64,000 bases of DNA, taken from Stellaceae bacterium. Lineage in GTDB: Bacteria > Pseudomonadota > Alphaproteobacteria > ATCC43930 > CGMCC-115725. Shown here piece by piece: positions 37,398 through 46,843 of the stretch; within the stretch, counting starts at the first letter, position 1; every line of letters starts with the position of its first letter. Position numbers and translations under genes: made by a program. The stretch is from NCBI GenBank assembly GCA_035518375.1, contig DATIXQ010000023.1, positions 16,037 to 80,036 on the forward strand, read 5' to 3'. The notes under the pieces were generated by a model. The model worked only from the letters and a program-made list of their open reading frames with translations. It made no database searches and was not told the origin of the DNA.

Positions 37398-38585
37398 TCA
37401 GCCTACCGCTTCGGCAAGCGGTACGCGCGTGATCTCGTGGCGCTGCAGGATCGGCAGCACCTCGGTGCCGAAACGGTGGATCTGGTTCAGGAACATCTCC
37501 TGCGGCACGGCGCCGCGGTTCATGCTGACAATGACTGTGTCGGAGCCTAAATGCTCGGCCTCGGCGATGATGCGGTCGGCGACGCGTTTAGGGGTGCCCC
37601 ATGGGCCGTTCCGGGCCTGCTGCACGACTTCGTCCATCGTGATGTCGCGCACGCGATTGCTGTCGTCGAAGGCGGCGGTGCGGTTTTCAGGCCTGAGATA
37701 TTGCGCTGCGCTCTCGGAATAATAGGCGCCGCTGTCGCTGAGCCTAACGTGGTCGAAATTGTAGAGCACGTTGTGGAAATAGAGGGCATAAGGCCCATAT
37801 TCCTCGATCGCCCGCTCGGTGCTGTCAGCGACGTAGGCGTCGAGGGTAATGGTGATGTGGTGCGGTGTGATGCGCTTGCCGTGCTCGGCAAGACAGCGCG
37901 CGTAATAGCGCACGATGTCTTCGCGCGCCGGCCCCGAGGCGATGCCGGGCGTGATCGGCACATCGTGCGCCGCTGCCCATTCGATCGAATCCTTCGAGCG
38001 GCTCACCGGCATCCACACCGGTGGGTGCGGCTGCTGTACCGGCCGCGGCCAGATCGCGACGTCCTTATAGGAATGGAACCGCCCGTTGAAGGTGAAGCGC
38101 TCGCTCGTCCAGGCCCCCACCAGGATGTCGTAGCATTCGTCGAAACGCGCGCGCGATTCCTCGAGCGGCACATTGAAGACGCGATATTCGCGCGCCGCGC
38201 CCCGTGCCACGCCGCAGATGATGCGGCCGTTCGAGAGGCAGTCGAGCATCGCGATCTCCTCGGCGAGCCGGAGCGGATCGTGGATCGGCAGTAGATTGCC
38301 GTACATGAGGAGCTTAAGCCGCTCGGTGCGCTGCGCCGCCGAGGCGGCGATCAGATTGGGCGAGTTCATGAGGCCGTAGGGCGTGACATGGTGCTCGTTG
38401 AACGCCACGCCGTCGAAGCCCATGCGTTCGAGTTCGACCCAGGCGTCGAGATGCTCGCGATAGGTCTGCACCGCGATCTGCGGGCGAAAATGTTTCTTCT
38501 CCATCGGATAGGGCAGCTGCCCATCGACGCGCAGATGGTCGAGATGCTCGGCATAGGCGACGAGGTCGAAGACGAATACCTTCAT
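37398..38585 (-). CDS. LLM-class flavin-dependent oxidoreductase
   Basis: ORF 37398..38789 trimmed to ATG at 38585 (MKVFVFDLVAYAEH...). GFDGVAFNEHH, IAMLDCLSNGRIICGV, HPPVWMP. C-terminal FGTEVLPIL. Confidence 0.82.
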   Translation of the reverse strand: MKVFVFDLVAYAEHLDHLRVDGQLPYPMEKKHFRPQIAVQTYREHLDAWVELERMGFDGVAFNEHHVTPYGLMNSPNLIAASAAQRTERLKLLMYGNLLPIHDPLRLAEEIAMLDCLSNGRIICGVARGAAREYRVFNVPLEESRARFDECYDILVGAWTSERFTFNGRFHSYKDVAIWPRPVQQPHPPVWMPVSRSKDSIEWAAAHDVPITPGIASGPAREDIVRYYARCLAEHGKRITPHHITITLDAYVADSTERAIEEYGPYALYFHNVLYNFDHVRLSDSGAYYSESAAQYLRPENRTAAFDDSNRVRDITMDEVVQQARNGPWGTPKRVADRIIAEAEHLGSDTVIVSMNRGAVPQEMFLNQIHRFGTEVLPILQRHEITRVPLAEAVG

Positions 38586-38697
38586 GACGGTCCCTTTCTC
38601 GACCGGATTGGCGCACGTACGGGGCGGAGTTTCAAGGCATGGTCCGCCATGCCAGCGTGCTAGTCTCAACCGCCGGGGATGCGCGGAGGGGGAGACG

Positions 38698-39681
38698 ATG
38701 ACGAAACTGCTACTGGCGCTTGCTGTTCTTGTCGCGCTCGGATCGCACGCGTCGGCCGAACAGATCACGCTGGGGGTTTCGAAGAACACGGTCTCGCCCG
38801 CGATCCTCCTGGCGCATGGGCGCGGCTATTTCGCCGAGGAGGGCCTCGAGAGCAAGCTCACGACCATGGTCGCCGGTGCCGAGGAGATCGCGGTCGCCGT
38901 CGCTTCCGGCGCGTTCGATTTCGGCGGCGCCGGAATCTCAGGTGGGCTCTTCAACCTCGCGAGCCAAGTACACATCATCGCCGGCGGCATTCACGAATCA
39001 GCGGGCTTCCAGGGGCTCGTGATGGTGGCAGGGCCGCACGCCTTCGACGACGGCGTCCGCACGTACCGCGATCTCGCCCACATCAAATCCTTCGCCGTGA
39101 CGCAGGTCGGCGGCCCGACGCACTACGCACTCATCCTCGCCGCGGCGAAATTCGGCTTCGATCTCGGCCAAGTGCGCATCGTGCCGTTGCAGAATCCGGC
39201 GAACGAGCTTGCCGCCTTGACCGGCGGGCAGGTCGACGCGACCGCGCCGCCGACTTCGGCGACGGCGGCCGCGATCGCCAAGGGCAACGTCAAGCTGCTC
39301 GGCTATGTCGGCGACGAGACGCCGTTCCAGTTCGGCGTGGCGTTCGCGTCGGCCAAGATGCTCGAGCGGCGGGATACAGTCGAGCGCTTCCTGCGCGCCT
39401 ACAAGAAGGCGGCGCGCGCTTTCCACGACGCCTTCACCGGTCCCGACGGAGCGCGCCGCGACGGGCCCGACGCACAAGAAATCCTGGCGCTCCTCGCGAA
39501 GGAGCTGGGGCTCGGCATCGACGATGTGAAGCTCGGGATTCCCTATATCGATCCCGAGGCGCGACTCGACGTGGCTGACGTGCGGCGCCAGCTCGACTGG
39601 TTCAAGACGCAAGGCATGGTGAAGCCGGGGATCACGGCCGACGCCATCATCGATGCGCGCTACGTCGTGCCGATGCCCTAG
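38698..39681 (+). CDS. ABC-type substrate-binding protein, NMT1/SsuA/TauA-like (orphan)
   Basis: ORF 38584..39681 trimmed to ATG at 38698 (MTKLLLALAVLVALGSHASA, a signal peptide). ITLGVSKNTVSPAILLAHGRGYFAEEGLE is typical of sulfonate/nitrate/taurine-family binding proteins. Confidence 0.65.
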   Translation: MTKLLLALAVLVALGSHASAEQITLGVSKNTVSPAILLAHGRGYFAEEGLESKLTTMVAGAEEIAVAVASGAFDFGGAGISGGLFNLASQVHIIAGGIHESAGFQGLVMVAGPHAFDDGVRTYRDLAHIKSFAVTQVGGPTHYALILAAAKFGFDLGQVRIVPLQNPANELAALTGGQVDATAPPTSATAAAIAKGNVKLLGYVGDETPFQFGVAFASAKMLERRDTVERFLRAYKKAARAFHDAFTGPDGARRDGPDAQEILALLAKELGLGIDDVKLGIPYIDPEARLDVADVRRQLDWFKTQGMVKPGITADAIIDARYVVPMP

Positions 39682-39684
39682 GTT

Positions 39685-40818
39685 CTATCGCAATCCCGCC
39701 TGCACCAGCAGCGGGTAGGTCGTCGCCTGGAACTCGCGCATACCCTCGACATAACGCGCCCAGGACAGGATGACGCCGTCGAACCCAGCCTTGGCGAGGC
39801 GCGCAAGGCCCTCGACAACCTGCTCCTTCGTGCCGACGATCTGATAGCCGGCCCAGCCGCCGATAAAATGCACCTTGAGCTCGCGTAGCGCATCGGCGGG
39901 GAAGGTCTCGCTGTTGATGCCGAGCTGGCGCACGAGATTGTCGCACGCCTCCCAGTCGCCCTGCTCATGAATGTAGTGATGGAGGAACTTGCGCGCCTCG
40001 GCCTCGGTCTCGCCTTGGATGATATAGGCGTTGGTCCAAACCGGCAGGTCGACCCGCCGCGCATCCCAGGCCGCGCGTTTATAAGCCTGGGCCTGCGCCG
40101 CCATGGCATCGGGCTCGTGCGAGACGAGCGCCGTGAAGGCGACATCGCAATAGCGCGCGACGAACTCGCGCCCCTTATCGGAGCCGCCCGCGTTCATCAC
40201 CACGGGATAGGGCTTCTGCACCGGCTTCGGCTGAAGCCAGCCTCCCTTGATGCGATAGAAGCGTCCGTCGAAATCGAATTCCTCCTCGCGTGTCCACAAG
40301 AGCTTGATGATCTCGAGCCATTCGGCGGCACGCTCGTAGCGCAGGTCGTGATCCTGCTGCGGCTCGCCGAACATCTCGATCTCGGGCTGGAACCAGCCGG
40401 TGACGACATTGAGGCTGAAGCGGCCGTTGGTTATGTGGTCGATCGTGGTCGCCTGCTTTGCCGCCATCACCGGGTGCACCGTCGGCACGTGCGAAGTGGC
40501 GAAGACGCCGCTCTTCTTGGTGAGCGCGCCGATGCCGGCCGCCCAGGTGTAGGACTCGAACCCCGCGCCGTTGAAGTTTGTGGTGCCGCCGAACCCTTTC
40601 CAACGGCCCACCGGCACGAGCGCCTCGAAATCCATCTCGTCGCCCATACGTGCGAGCTCGGCCGTGCTTGGCCACTCGGCCTTCAGTGTCCCCTCGATTT
40701 TCGAGATGGCGCAGCCATGGCTCAGATTGCTCGAGAACGTGCCGAGCTTGAGCTTGCGGCTGCTGAAGAGGGGGTTCTGCGCTTGGCGCAATTGATCGGG
40801 ACGCGATGCCTCGGCCAT
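39685..40818 (-). CDS. LLM-class flavin-dependent monooxygenase, SfnG/SsuD-group-like
   Basis: ORF 39685..41229 trimmed to ATG at 40818 (SD AAGGAGAAGAGG). SNLSHGCAISKIEG...W and AAKQATTIDHITNGRFSLNVVTGWFQPE parallel dimethylsulfone monooxygenase SfnG as I recall it. Confidence 0.75.
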   Translation of the reverse strand: MAEASRPDQLRQAQNPLFSSRKLKLGTFSSNLSHGCAISKIEGTLKAEWPSTAELARMGDEMDFEALVPVGRWKGFGGTTNFNGAGFESYTWAAGIGALTKKSGVFATSHVPTVHPVMAAKQATTIDHITNGRFSLNVVTGWFQPEIEMFGEPQQDHDLRYERAAEWLEIIKLLWTREEEFDFDGRFYRIKGGWLQPKPVQKPYPVVMNAGGSDKGREFVARYCDVAFTALVSHEPDAMAAQAQAYKRAAWDARRVDLPVWTNAYIIQGETEAEARKFLHHYIHEQGDWEACDNLVRQLGINSETFPADALRELKVHFIGGWAGYQIVGTKEQVVEGLARLAKAGFDGVILSWARYVEGMREFQATTYPLLVQAGLR

Positions 40819-40891
40819 CCTCTTCTCCTTCTGCTCGCCCTGTGGGCGGTATATGCTACATTCAAAATCAACCAAGGACGGGAGGCAACGC

Positions 40892-42166
40892 ATGACGGGC
40901 AAGAAGAGGGCATACTTTGGTGCGACCGTAGCGCTCGCGAGCGCGGCGGCGCTGACACCGCCGGCGCACGCGGCCGATCCGATCAAGATCGGCGTTCTGT
41001 TGTCGCTGACGGGCAATTTTGCCGAGAACGGGCAGCAGACCCTGACCGGCATCAAGATGTATCTCGACGAAATCCATAGCAAAGCAGGCGGGCGCGATCT
41101 CGAGCTCGTCGTCGAGGACACGCAGAGCAAGCCCGACGTCGCGGTGAGCAAGGCGCGCAAGGAAGTCGAGCGCGACGGCGTCGCGGTGCTTTCGGGCATC
41201 GTCTCGTCGGGCGAGGCGCTCGCCGTCAACGACTACGCGCGCGGGGCCAAGGTGCCGCTCGTCTTGTCGGGCGACGCCGGCGTCGACGAGGTCACCATGC
41301 CGGGGCCGCTCGCCAATCCCTATCTCGTGCGCACGTCGCAAAACGGCCGCACCGTCGCCGCCGCTGGCGCTGACTGGGCCTATAAGAAGGGCTGGCGCAA
41401 GATCGTGACGATTGGCTCCGACTATGCCGGCGGCGTCGACACGAATTTCTCGTTCGCGCAGGCCTTCTGCAAGGCCGGCGGCAAGATCATCCAAGAGAAT
41501 TGGCCGCCGGTCGGCACGGCCGATTTCGGCCCCTATCTCACAAATCTCGACCGCAGCGCCGATGCTGTCGAGATGTTCGAGCCGGGCGCCGATGGCTTAC
41601 GCCTCGGAAAGCAATATTCGGAGTTCGGCCTCAAAGGCAAGCTGCCGGTGATGGATATCTACGGCACAATCGTCTACGAGCCGAACCAGGCGCAGCTTGG
41701 CGACGCCGTCCTCGGCATGTATTCGAGCCTCTTTTATTCACCTTACGTCAAGAACGCCGAGAACGAGAAGTTCGTGCCCGAATTCAAGAAGCGCATGAAC
41801 GGCACGGCGCCGGCGAACGAAGGGCCCAACGGCTGGGTCGGCATGCATGCGATCGCCGACGCCATCACGGCCTTGAAGGGCGACGTCTCAGACAGTCTGA
41901 AATTCGTCGCGGCGCTCAAGGAGGTGCATTTCGATTCGCCCAAGGGCCCGATTAAGCTCGACAAGTACGGCATGGTGATCCAGACCATGTATATTCGCGA
42001 GGCTGAGAAGGTCGATGGCGGCATCGGTAACGTGCCGATCGCGTCTTATCCCGACGTCGATCAGTTCTGGCCGTTCAGCGAGGGCGATTTTGCGTCGCTC
42101 AAGGCGAGCTACAAGGAATCGAAGGACCAGTTGACCGACTGCGACAAACTGCTCGCGAAAAAATAA
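40892..42166 (+). CDS. HAAT-family (LivK-like) ABC substrate-binding protein, paralogue A
   Basis: ATG at 40892 after GGAGG. Sec signal ending AHA-ADP. PIKIGVLLSLTGNFAENGQQ is typical of Peripla_BP_6 proteins. Confidence 0.85.
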   Translation: MTGKKRAYFGATVALASAAALTPPAHAADPIKIGVLLSLTGNFAENGQQTLTGIKMYLDEIHSKAGGRDLELVVEDTQSKPDVAVSKARKEVERDGVAVLSGIVSSGEALAVNDYARGAKVPLVLSGDAGVDEVTMPGPLANPYLVRTSQNGRTVAAAGADWAYKKGWRKIVTIGSDYAGGVDTNFSFAQAFCKAGGKIIQENWPPVGTADFGPYLTNLDRSADAVEMFEPGADGLRLGKQYSEFGLKGKLPVMDIYGTIVYEPNQAQLGDAVLGMYSSLFYSPYVKNAENEKFVPEFKKRMNGTAPANEGPNGWVGMHAIADAITALKGDVSDSLKFVAALKEVHFDSPKGPIKLDKYGMVIQTMYIREAEKVDGGIGNVPIASYPDVDQFWPFSEGDFASLKASYKESKDQLTDCDKLLAKK

Positions 42167-42223
42167 GGATTACGGCCGCCACTGGCCGGAACGAGCAGTA
42201 GGCGGCCACGAGGGAGGAAGGTC

Positions 42224-43573
42224 ATGACGCTGCGGAACGAGACCGATTCCGGCGCGCGGCGAGCGCGCGTGGAGGGCCGGGTGGGGGCGCGTCGGCACGC
42301 GCTTGGAGCGATTGCGACGGCGGCGGGCGCCGCTGTCGTGACGCTTGCGCTCATCGTGCCGGCGCTGCCGGCTCCCGATGCCGGGCCCATCAAGATCGGG
42401 GTGCTGGTGCCGCTGACCGGTAATTTCGCCGCGCCCGGACAGCAGACGCTCGCCGGCCTCAAAATCTATTTCGACGGTATCGGCAATAAGGCGGGCGGCC
42501 ATCCACTCGAGCTCATCGTCGAGGACACGCAGGGCAATCCCGAGGTCGCGGTGACGAAAACGCGGAAGCTCGTCGAGCGCGACGGCGTTCAGGTGCTGAC
42601 CGGCATCGTCTCCTCGGCCGTGGCGCTTGCGGTAAGCGACTATTCGCGCACCAACCAGGTTCCGCTCGTTCTTTCGGGCGACGCCGCGACCGACGAACTC
42701 ACCATGCCGGGCAAGCTCGCCAATCCCTATCTCGTGCGTCTTACCGAGAACAGCCGCACGCCGTCGGCGGTCGCGGCCGACTTCGCCTACAAGACCAAGG
42801 GCTGGCGCACGGCGACGGTCATCACTTCCGATTATGTCGCGGGCGTCGATCTTGCCTTCGCTTTCGCGCAGAGGTTCTGCCAGCTCGGCGGCAAGGTGAC
42901 GCAAGCACAGTATCCGCCGCTCGACACAGGGGATTACGGACCATACCTCACCAATCTCGACCGCACTGCTAATGCCATGGTGGTGTTCACGCCGGGTGCG
43001 GCTGGGCTGAAGCTCGGGCGGCAATTCGCCGAGTTCGGGTTGAAGGGCAAGCTGCCGGAGCTCGATCTCTTTGGCACGCTCACTTATGAATCCTACTTGC
43101 CGCAACTGGGCGATGCCGCGCTTGGCGCCTATTCCGCTCTCATCTACACGCCCTATCTCAACACGGCCTTGAACAAGAGCTTCGTCGCCGAGTTCAGGAA
43201 ACGCACGGGCAACCAGGCGACGAACGAGGGGCCGAGCGGCTGGACCGGCGCGCACGCCATCGCCGACGCGATCGATGCAGTGAAGGGCGATCTCTCCGAC
43301 AAGACGAAGTTCATGGGGGCGCTGAGGACGGCTAAGTTCGACACGCCCAAGGGATCGATCTCGCTCGACAAGGATGGCATGGTCGTGCAGTCGATGTATA
43401 TCCGCGAGGTGCAGAAGGTGGGCGCCGAACTGGGCAACGTGCCGATCGCGACCTATCACGATATTGGCCAGTACTGGCCCTATAGCGAGACGGAGTTCCA
43501 ATCGTTCGCGCACACCTACAACGATTCGAAAGACAAGCTCACCGATTGCGCGTGGCTTCTCGCAAAGAAATAG
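42224..43573 (+). CDS. HAAT-family (LivK-like) ABC substrate-binding protein, paralogue B
   Basis: ATG after GGGAGGAAGG. Long RR-containing signal region. Collinear with paralogue A along its full length (PIKIGVLVPLTGNFAAPGQQ ... LTDCAWLLAKK). Confidence 0.85.
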   Translation: MTLRNETDSGARRARVEGRVGARRHALGAIATAAGAAVVTLALIVPALPAPDAGPIKIGVLVPLTGNFAAPGQQTLAGLKIYFDGIGNKAGGHPLELIVEDTQGNPEVAVTKTRKLVERDGVQVLTGIVSSAVALAVSDYSRTNQVPLVLSGDAATDELTMPGKLANPYLVRLTENSRTPSAVAADFAYKTKGWRTATVITSDYVAGVDLAFAFAQRFCQLGGKVTQAQYPPLDTGDYGPYLTNLDRTANAMVVFTPGAAGLKLGRQFAEFGLKGKLPELDLFGTLTYESYLPQLGDAALGAYSALIYTPYLNTALNKSFVAEFRKRTGNQATNEGPSGWTGAHAIADAIDAVKGDLSDKTKFMGALRTAKFDTPKGSISLDKDGMVVQSMYIREVQKVGAELGNVPIATYHDIGQYWPYSETEFQSFAHTYNDSKDKLTDCAWLLAKK

Positions 43574-43601
43574 AACGAAGTCACGGCTGCAGGCCGGCAC
43601 G

Positions 43602-44453
43602 ATGATCTGGACGATCCACATCCTGAACGGCGTCGCCTATGGGATGCTGCTCTTCCTCATCGCGGCCGGGCTTTCGCTCATCTATGGCCTCATGAAGATC
43701 CTGAATTTGACGCACGGATCGTTCTATCTCTTCGGTGGCTATATTGGCCTCACGGTCATGCAAAAGACCGGCAGCTTCGTGCTTGCACTCTTGGTGGCGG
43801 CGGTGGCGATCGGGTTGATCGGCGCCGCGATCGAGCGCCTCTTCCTCCGGCGCTTCCATCTCGACGAGCTACCTCAGACGCTTTTGACATTCGGCTTTCT
43901 CTTCATCTTCTCCGACCTTGCCCTCTGGCTTTGGGGTGGCGACCCGTTGATGCTCGACACGCCGCATTTCTTCGAGCGCTCGGTGCCGCTTGGCGAGTAT
44001 GCCTATCCGCTCTACCGGCTCTTCCTCATCGCGGTTGGTTCGGTGATCGCCGGCGGCCTGTGGTGGTTCCAGGAGCATACGCGCCTTGGCACGATGCTGC
44101 GCGCCGGCGTCGACGATGCCGAGATCGCGCGCGCGCTCGGCATCAATGTCTCTGTGTTGTTCACGCTCGTGTTCGCGGCGGGCGCGGCGCTCGCCTCCTT
44201 CGGCGGCGTGCTCGCGGCGCCCGAATTGAGCCTGTATCCCGGCGCCGATTTCGATACGCTCATCCTCGCCTTCGTGGTCATCATCGTGGGCGGCCTCGGC
44301 AGCCTGCGCGGCGCGCTTGCAGGCGCCCTCCTCGTCGGCATCCTCGACGATCTCGGGAAGGCGTTCTTCCCGCAATTCGCGCTTTTCACCGTGTTCGTGC
44401 CGATGGCCGTGATCCTCGTTGTGCGGCCAACCGGCCTATTCGGCCGCCGATGA
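43602..44453 (+). CDS. branched-chain-amino-acid-type ABC permease (LivH-like)
   Basis: ORF 43374..44453 trimmed to ATG at 43602 (MIWTIHILNGVAYGMLLFLIAAGLSLIYGLMKILNLTHGSF). Confidence 0.88.
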   Translation: MIWTIHILNGVAYGMLLFLIAAGLSLIYGLMKILNLTHGSFYLFGGYIGLTVMQKTGSFVLALLVAAVAIGLIGAAIERLFLRRFHLDELPQTLLTFGFLFIFSDLALWLWGGDPLMLDTPHFFERSVPLGEYAYPLYRLFLIAVGSVIAGGLWWFQEHTRLGTMLRAGVDDAEIARALGINVSVLFTLVFAAGAALASFGGVLAAPELSLYPGADFDTLILAFVVIIVGGLGSLRGALAGALLVGILDDLGKAFFPQFALFTVFVPMAVILVVRPTGLFGRR

Positions 44454-45391
44454 CCGGACGCGCCGTGCGGCTTGCCGCCATCGTCCTCGCGCTCGCATTC
44501 CTGCTGGCGCTGCCGGAGCTCGTGCGGCCCTATTACGTCGGGCTCGCGACGCGCATGATGATCTTTGCGATTTTCGCGATGAGCCTCGACCTGCTGCTTG
44601 GCTACACCGGCCTTGCCTCGCTCGGCCATGCCGCCTATTTCGGCGTGGGCGCGTACGCCGTGGCGCTCCTCGTTCTGCGGTGGGGCGTCGCGAGCGCGTT
44701 CGCTTTTCCGGCGGCGCTCATCGCCGCGACCGCGACGGGCGCGCTCCTCGCGCCGCTGGCGCTCCGCGCACGCGGCAGCTATTTCCTCATGATCACCTTC
44801 GCGCTTTCGCAAGTGCTGTGGAGCGTCGCGTTCGGCTGGCGCACGCTCACGAACGGCGATGACGGCATGCCCGGCGTGCCGCGTCCGAGCTTCGGATTTC
44901 CGCTCGATGGTACGGACCCCTTCTACTACTTCGTGCTCGTGCTTGCAGCGCTTGCGGCGCTGGCGCTCGTCGCGATTGTGCGCTCGCCCTTCGGACGCGC
45001 GCTCCGCGGCATTCGCGAAAGCGAATCGCGCATGCAAGCCTTGGGCTATGACGTGTGGCGCTATCAGTTCGCGGCGTTCGTGCTGGCCGCAGGCTTCGCC
45101 GGACTCGCGGGCGCGCTCTATGCCTATTTCAACCGCTTCGTCGGCCCCGAATATCTCTACGTGATCCAGTCGGCCGAGGCGCTCATCATGGTGATCCTGG
45201 GCGGTGCCGGCACGCTTGTCGGCCCCGCGCTTGGTGCCGGCATCATCGTCTTCCTCGAGGATTTCGTGAGCTCGATGACCGAGCATTGGGTGCTCGTGCT
45301 GGGTGTGATCTATGTGCTGGTGACGCTCTTCGCGCCGCGCGGACTCATCGGACTCGTCAATGATTTCCGCCAGCGCAGGGCCGAGCCATGA
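44450..45391 (+). CDS. branched-chain-amino-acid-type ABC permease (LivM-like)
   Basis: ORF 43931..45391 trimmed to ATG at 44450 (ATGA overlap with the previous stop). LLLGYTGLASLGHAAYFGVGAY motif. Confidence 0.88.
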   Translation: MTGRAVRLAAIVLALAFLLALPELVRPYYVGLATRMMIFAIFAMSLDLLLGYTGLASLGHAAYFGVGAYAVALLVLRWGVASAFAFPAALIAATATGALLAPLALRARGSYFLMITFALSQVLWSVAFGWRTLTNGDDGMPGVPRPSFGFPLDGTDPFYYFVLVLAALAALALVAIVRSPFGRALRGIRESESRMQALGYDVWRYQFAAFVLAAGFAGLAGALYAYFNRFVGPEYLYVIQSAEALIMVILGGAGTLVGPALGAGIIVFLEDFVSSMTEHWVLVLGVIYVLVTLFAPRGLIGLVNDFRQRRAEP

Positions 45392-46128
45392 CCGCGCTTG
45401 TCGTCGAGAATGTGACGAAGAACTTTGGGGGCGTCACTGCGCTCGCAGGCATCTCGCTCGAGGTGAGCGAAGGCGAGCGGCGCGTGCTCCTGGGCCCCAA
45501 CGGAGCCGGCAAGACCACGCTCTTCCACACGATCTCTGGCAGCGTCATGCCGAGCGGCGGGCGCATTGCGCTCTTCGGCACCGACATCACGCATCACCGG
45601 CCGGACCGGCGCGCGCGCCTGGGCCTCGCGCGCACGTTCCAGGTCACGAACCTGTTTCCACGCCTCACGGTGCTCGACAGTGTGCTGCTGGCCTTGGGCG
45701 GCGCAGCCGGGAACAGCCTCCAGCTGCTTGAGCCCGGATCGCGCCATCGCAGGAAAGCGGACGAGGCGCTTCGTCTTCTGGACCAATGGGGGCTTGCCGG
45801 CACGGCGCCGCGCGTTGTGCGTAACCTCTCATATGGCGAGCAGCGCCAGCTCGAGCTGGTGCTGGCGATCGCGGGTGTGCCGCGATTGCTGCTGCTCGAC
45901 GAGCCCACGGCGGGCCTTTCTCCGGCCGAGACGTCGCGCGTCGTCGCCATGGTGCAGCAGCTCCCGCGCGACATGACGATTGTGATGATCGAGCACGACA
46001 TGGATGTGGCGTTCGAGCTCGCAGACCGGATCGCCGTCATGCACCAGGGGCGGCTCATCGCCGAGGGCGACGAGGCGGCGATCCGCGCCAACCGCCAGGT
46101 GACCGACATCTATCTCGGGACGGAGTGA
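45388..46128 (+). CDS. ABC transporter ATP-binding protein (LivG-like)
   Basis: Walker A GPNGAGKTT, signature SYGEQRQLE, Walker B LLLLDEP. ATGA overlap with the permease stop. Confidence 0.9.
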   Translation: MTALVVENVTKNFGGVTALAGISLEVSEGERRVLLGPNGAGKTTLFHTISGSVMPSGGRIALFGTDITHHRPDRRARLGLARTFQVTNLFPRLTVLDSVLLALGGAAGNSLQLLEPGSRHRRKADEALRLLDQWGLAGTAPRVVRNLSYGEQRQLELVLAIAGVPRLLLLDEPTAGLSPAETSRVVAMVQQLPRDMTIVMIEHDMDVAFELADRIAVMHQGRLIAEGDEAAIRANRQVTDIYLGTE

Positions 46129-46131
46129 GCC

Positions 46132-46827
46132 ATGCTCCGGGTCGAGGACATCCACACCTACTATGGCGCGAGCCATATCCTGCAAGGCCTATCCCTCACG
46201 GTCGAGCGCGGCGAGGTGGTGGCCGTGATCGGCCGTAATGGCGTCGGCAAGACCACGCTCGTGCGGTCGATAATGGGACTGACGCCGCCGCGGCGAGGCC
46301 GCATCCTGTTCCACGACGCCGATATCACCCACCTGCCGTCATACAAGATCGCGCGTATGGGCATGGGGCTCGTGCCCCAAGGCCGCCGCATCTTCCCCTC
46401 GCTTTCGGTCAAGGAGCATCTCGAGGTGACGGCGCGCGCGCGCGGCAGCGGCGCTTGGACCTTCGCACGCATGATCGCGCTTTTCCCGCAGCTCCAGGCG
46501 CGGCTCGGTCAGACGGCGAACAAGCTCTCAGGCGGCGAGCAACAGATGCTGGCAGCGGGCCGCGCGCTCGTCGGCAATCCCGACCTGCTGCTGATGGATG
46601 AACCGACCGAAGGCCTCGCGCCGCTCATGGTGCGCGAGCTGGGGAGGCTCGTCGCGACGCTCAAAGAGGCGGGCTCGTCGATCCTGCTGGTGGAGCAGCA
46701 GCTGACGTTCGTGCTGCGCCACGCCGACCGCATCTATATCGTGAGCCGCGGCCAGGTCGTGCATCACTGCCGCCCGGCCGCGCTCGCCGAGGATCACGAA
46801 ACCCTGTCGCGCTACCTGGGCGTATAG
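46132..46827 (+). CDS. ABC transporter ATP-binding protein (LivF-like)
   Basis: Walker A GRNGVGKTT, signature LSGGEQQML, Walker B LLLMDEP. Confidence 0.9.
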   Translation: MLRVEDIHTYYGASHILQGLSLTVERGEVVAVIGRNGVGKTTLVRSIMGLTPPRRGRILFHDADITHLPSYKIARMGMGLVPQGRRIFPSLSVKEHLEVTARARGSGAWTFARMIALFPQLQARLGQTANKLSGGEQQMLAAGRALVGNPDLLLMDEPTEGLAPLMVRELGRLVATLKEAGSSILLVEQQLTFVLRHADRIYIVSRGQVVHHCRPAALAEDHETLSRYLGV

Positions 46828-46843
46828 GGCGCGCCCGCGCCCT
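46826..46843. terminator. 18-nt GC palindrome bridging two convergent stop codons (possible bidirectional terminator, no U-tract)
   Basis: agggcgcg-cc-cgcgccct spans from the TAG of the LivF-like gene (46825-46827) to the first base of the GST stop (tca at 46843-46845). Confidence 0.3.
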
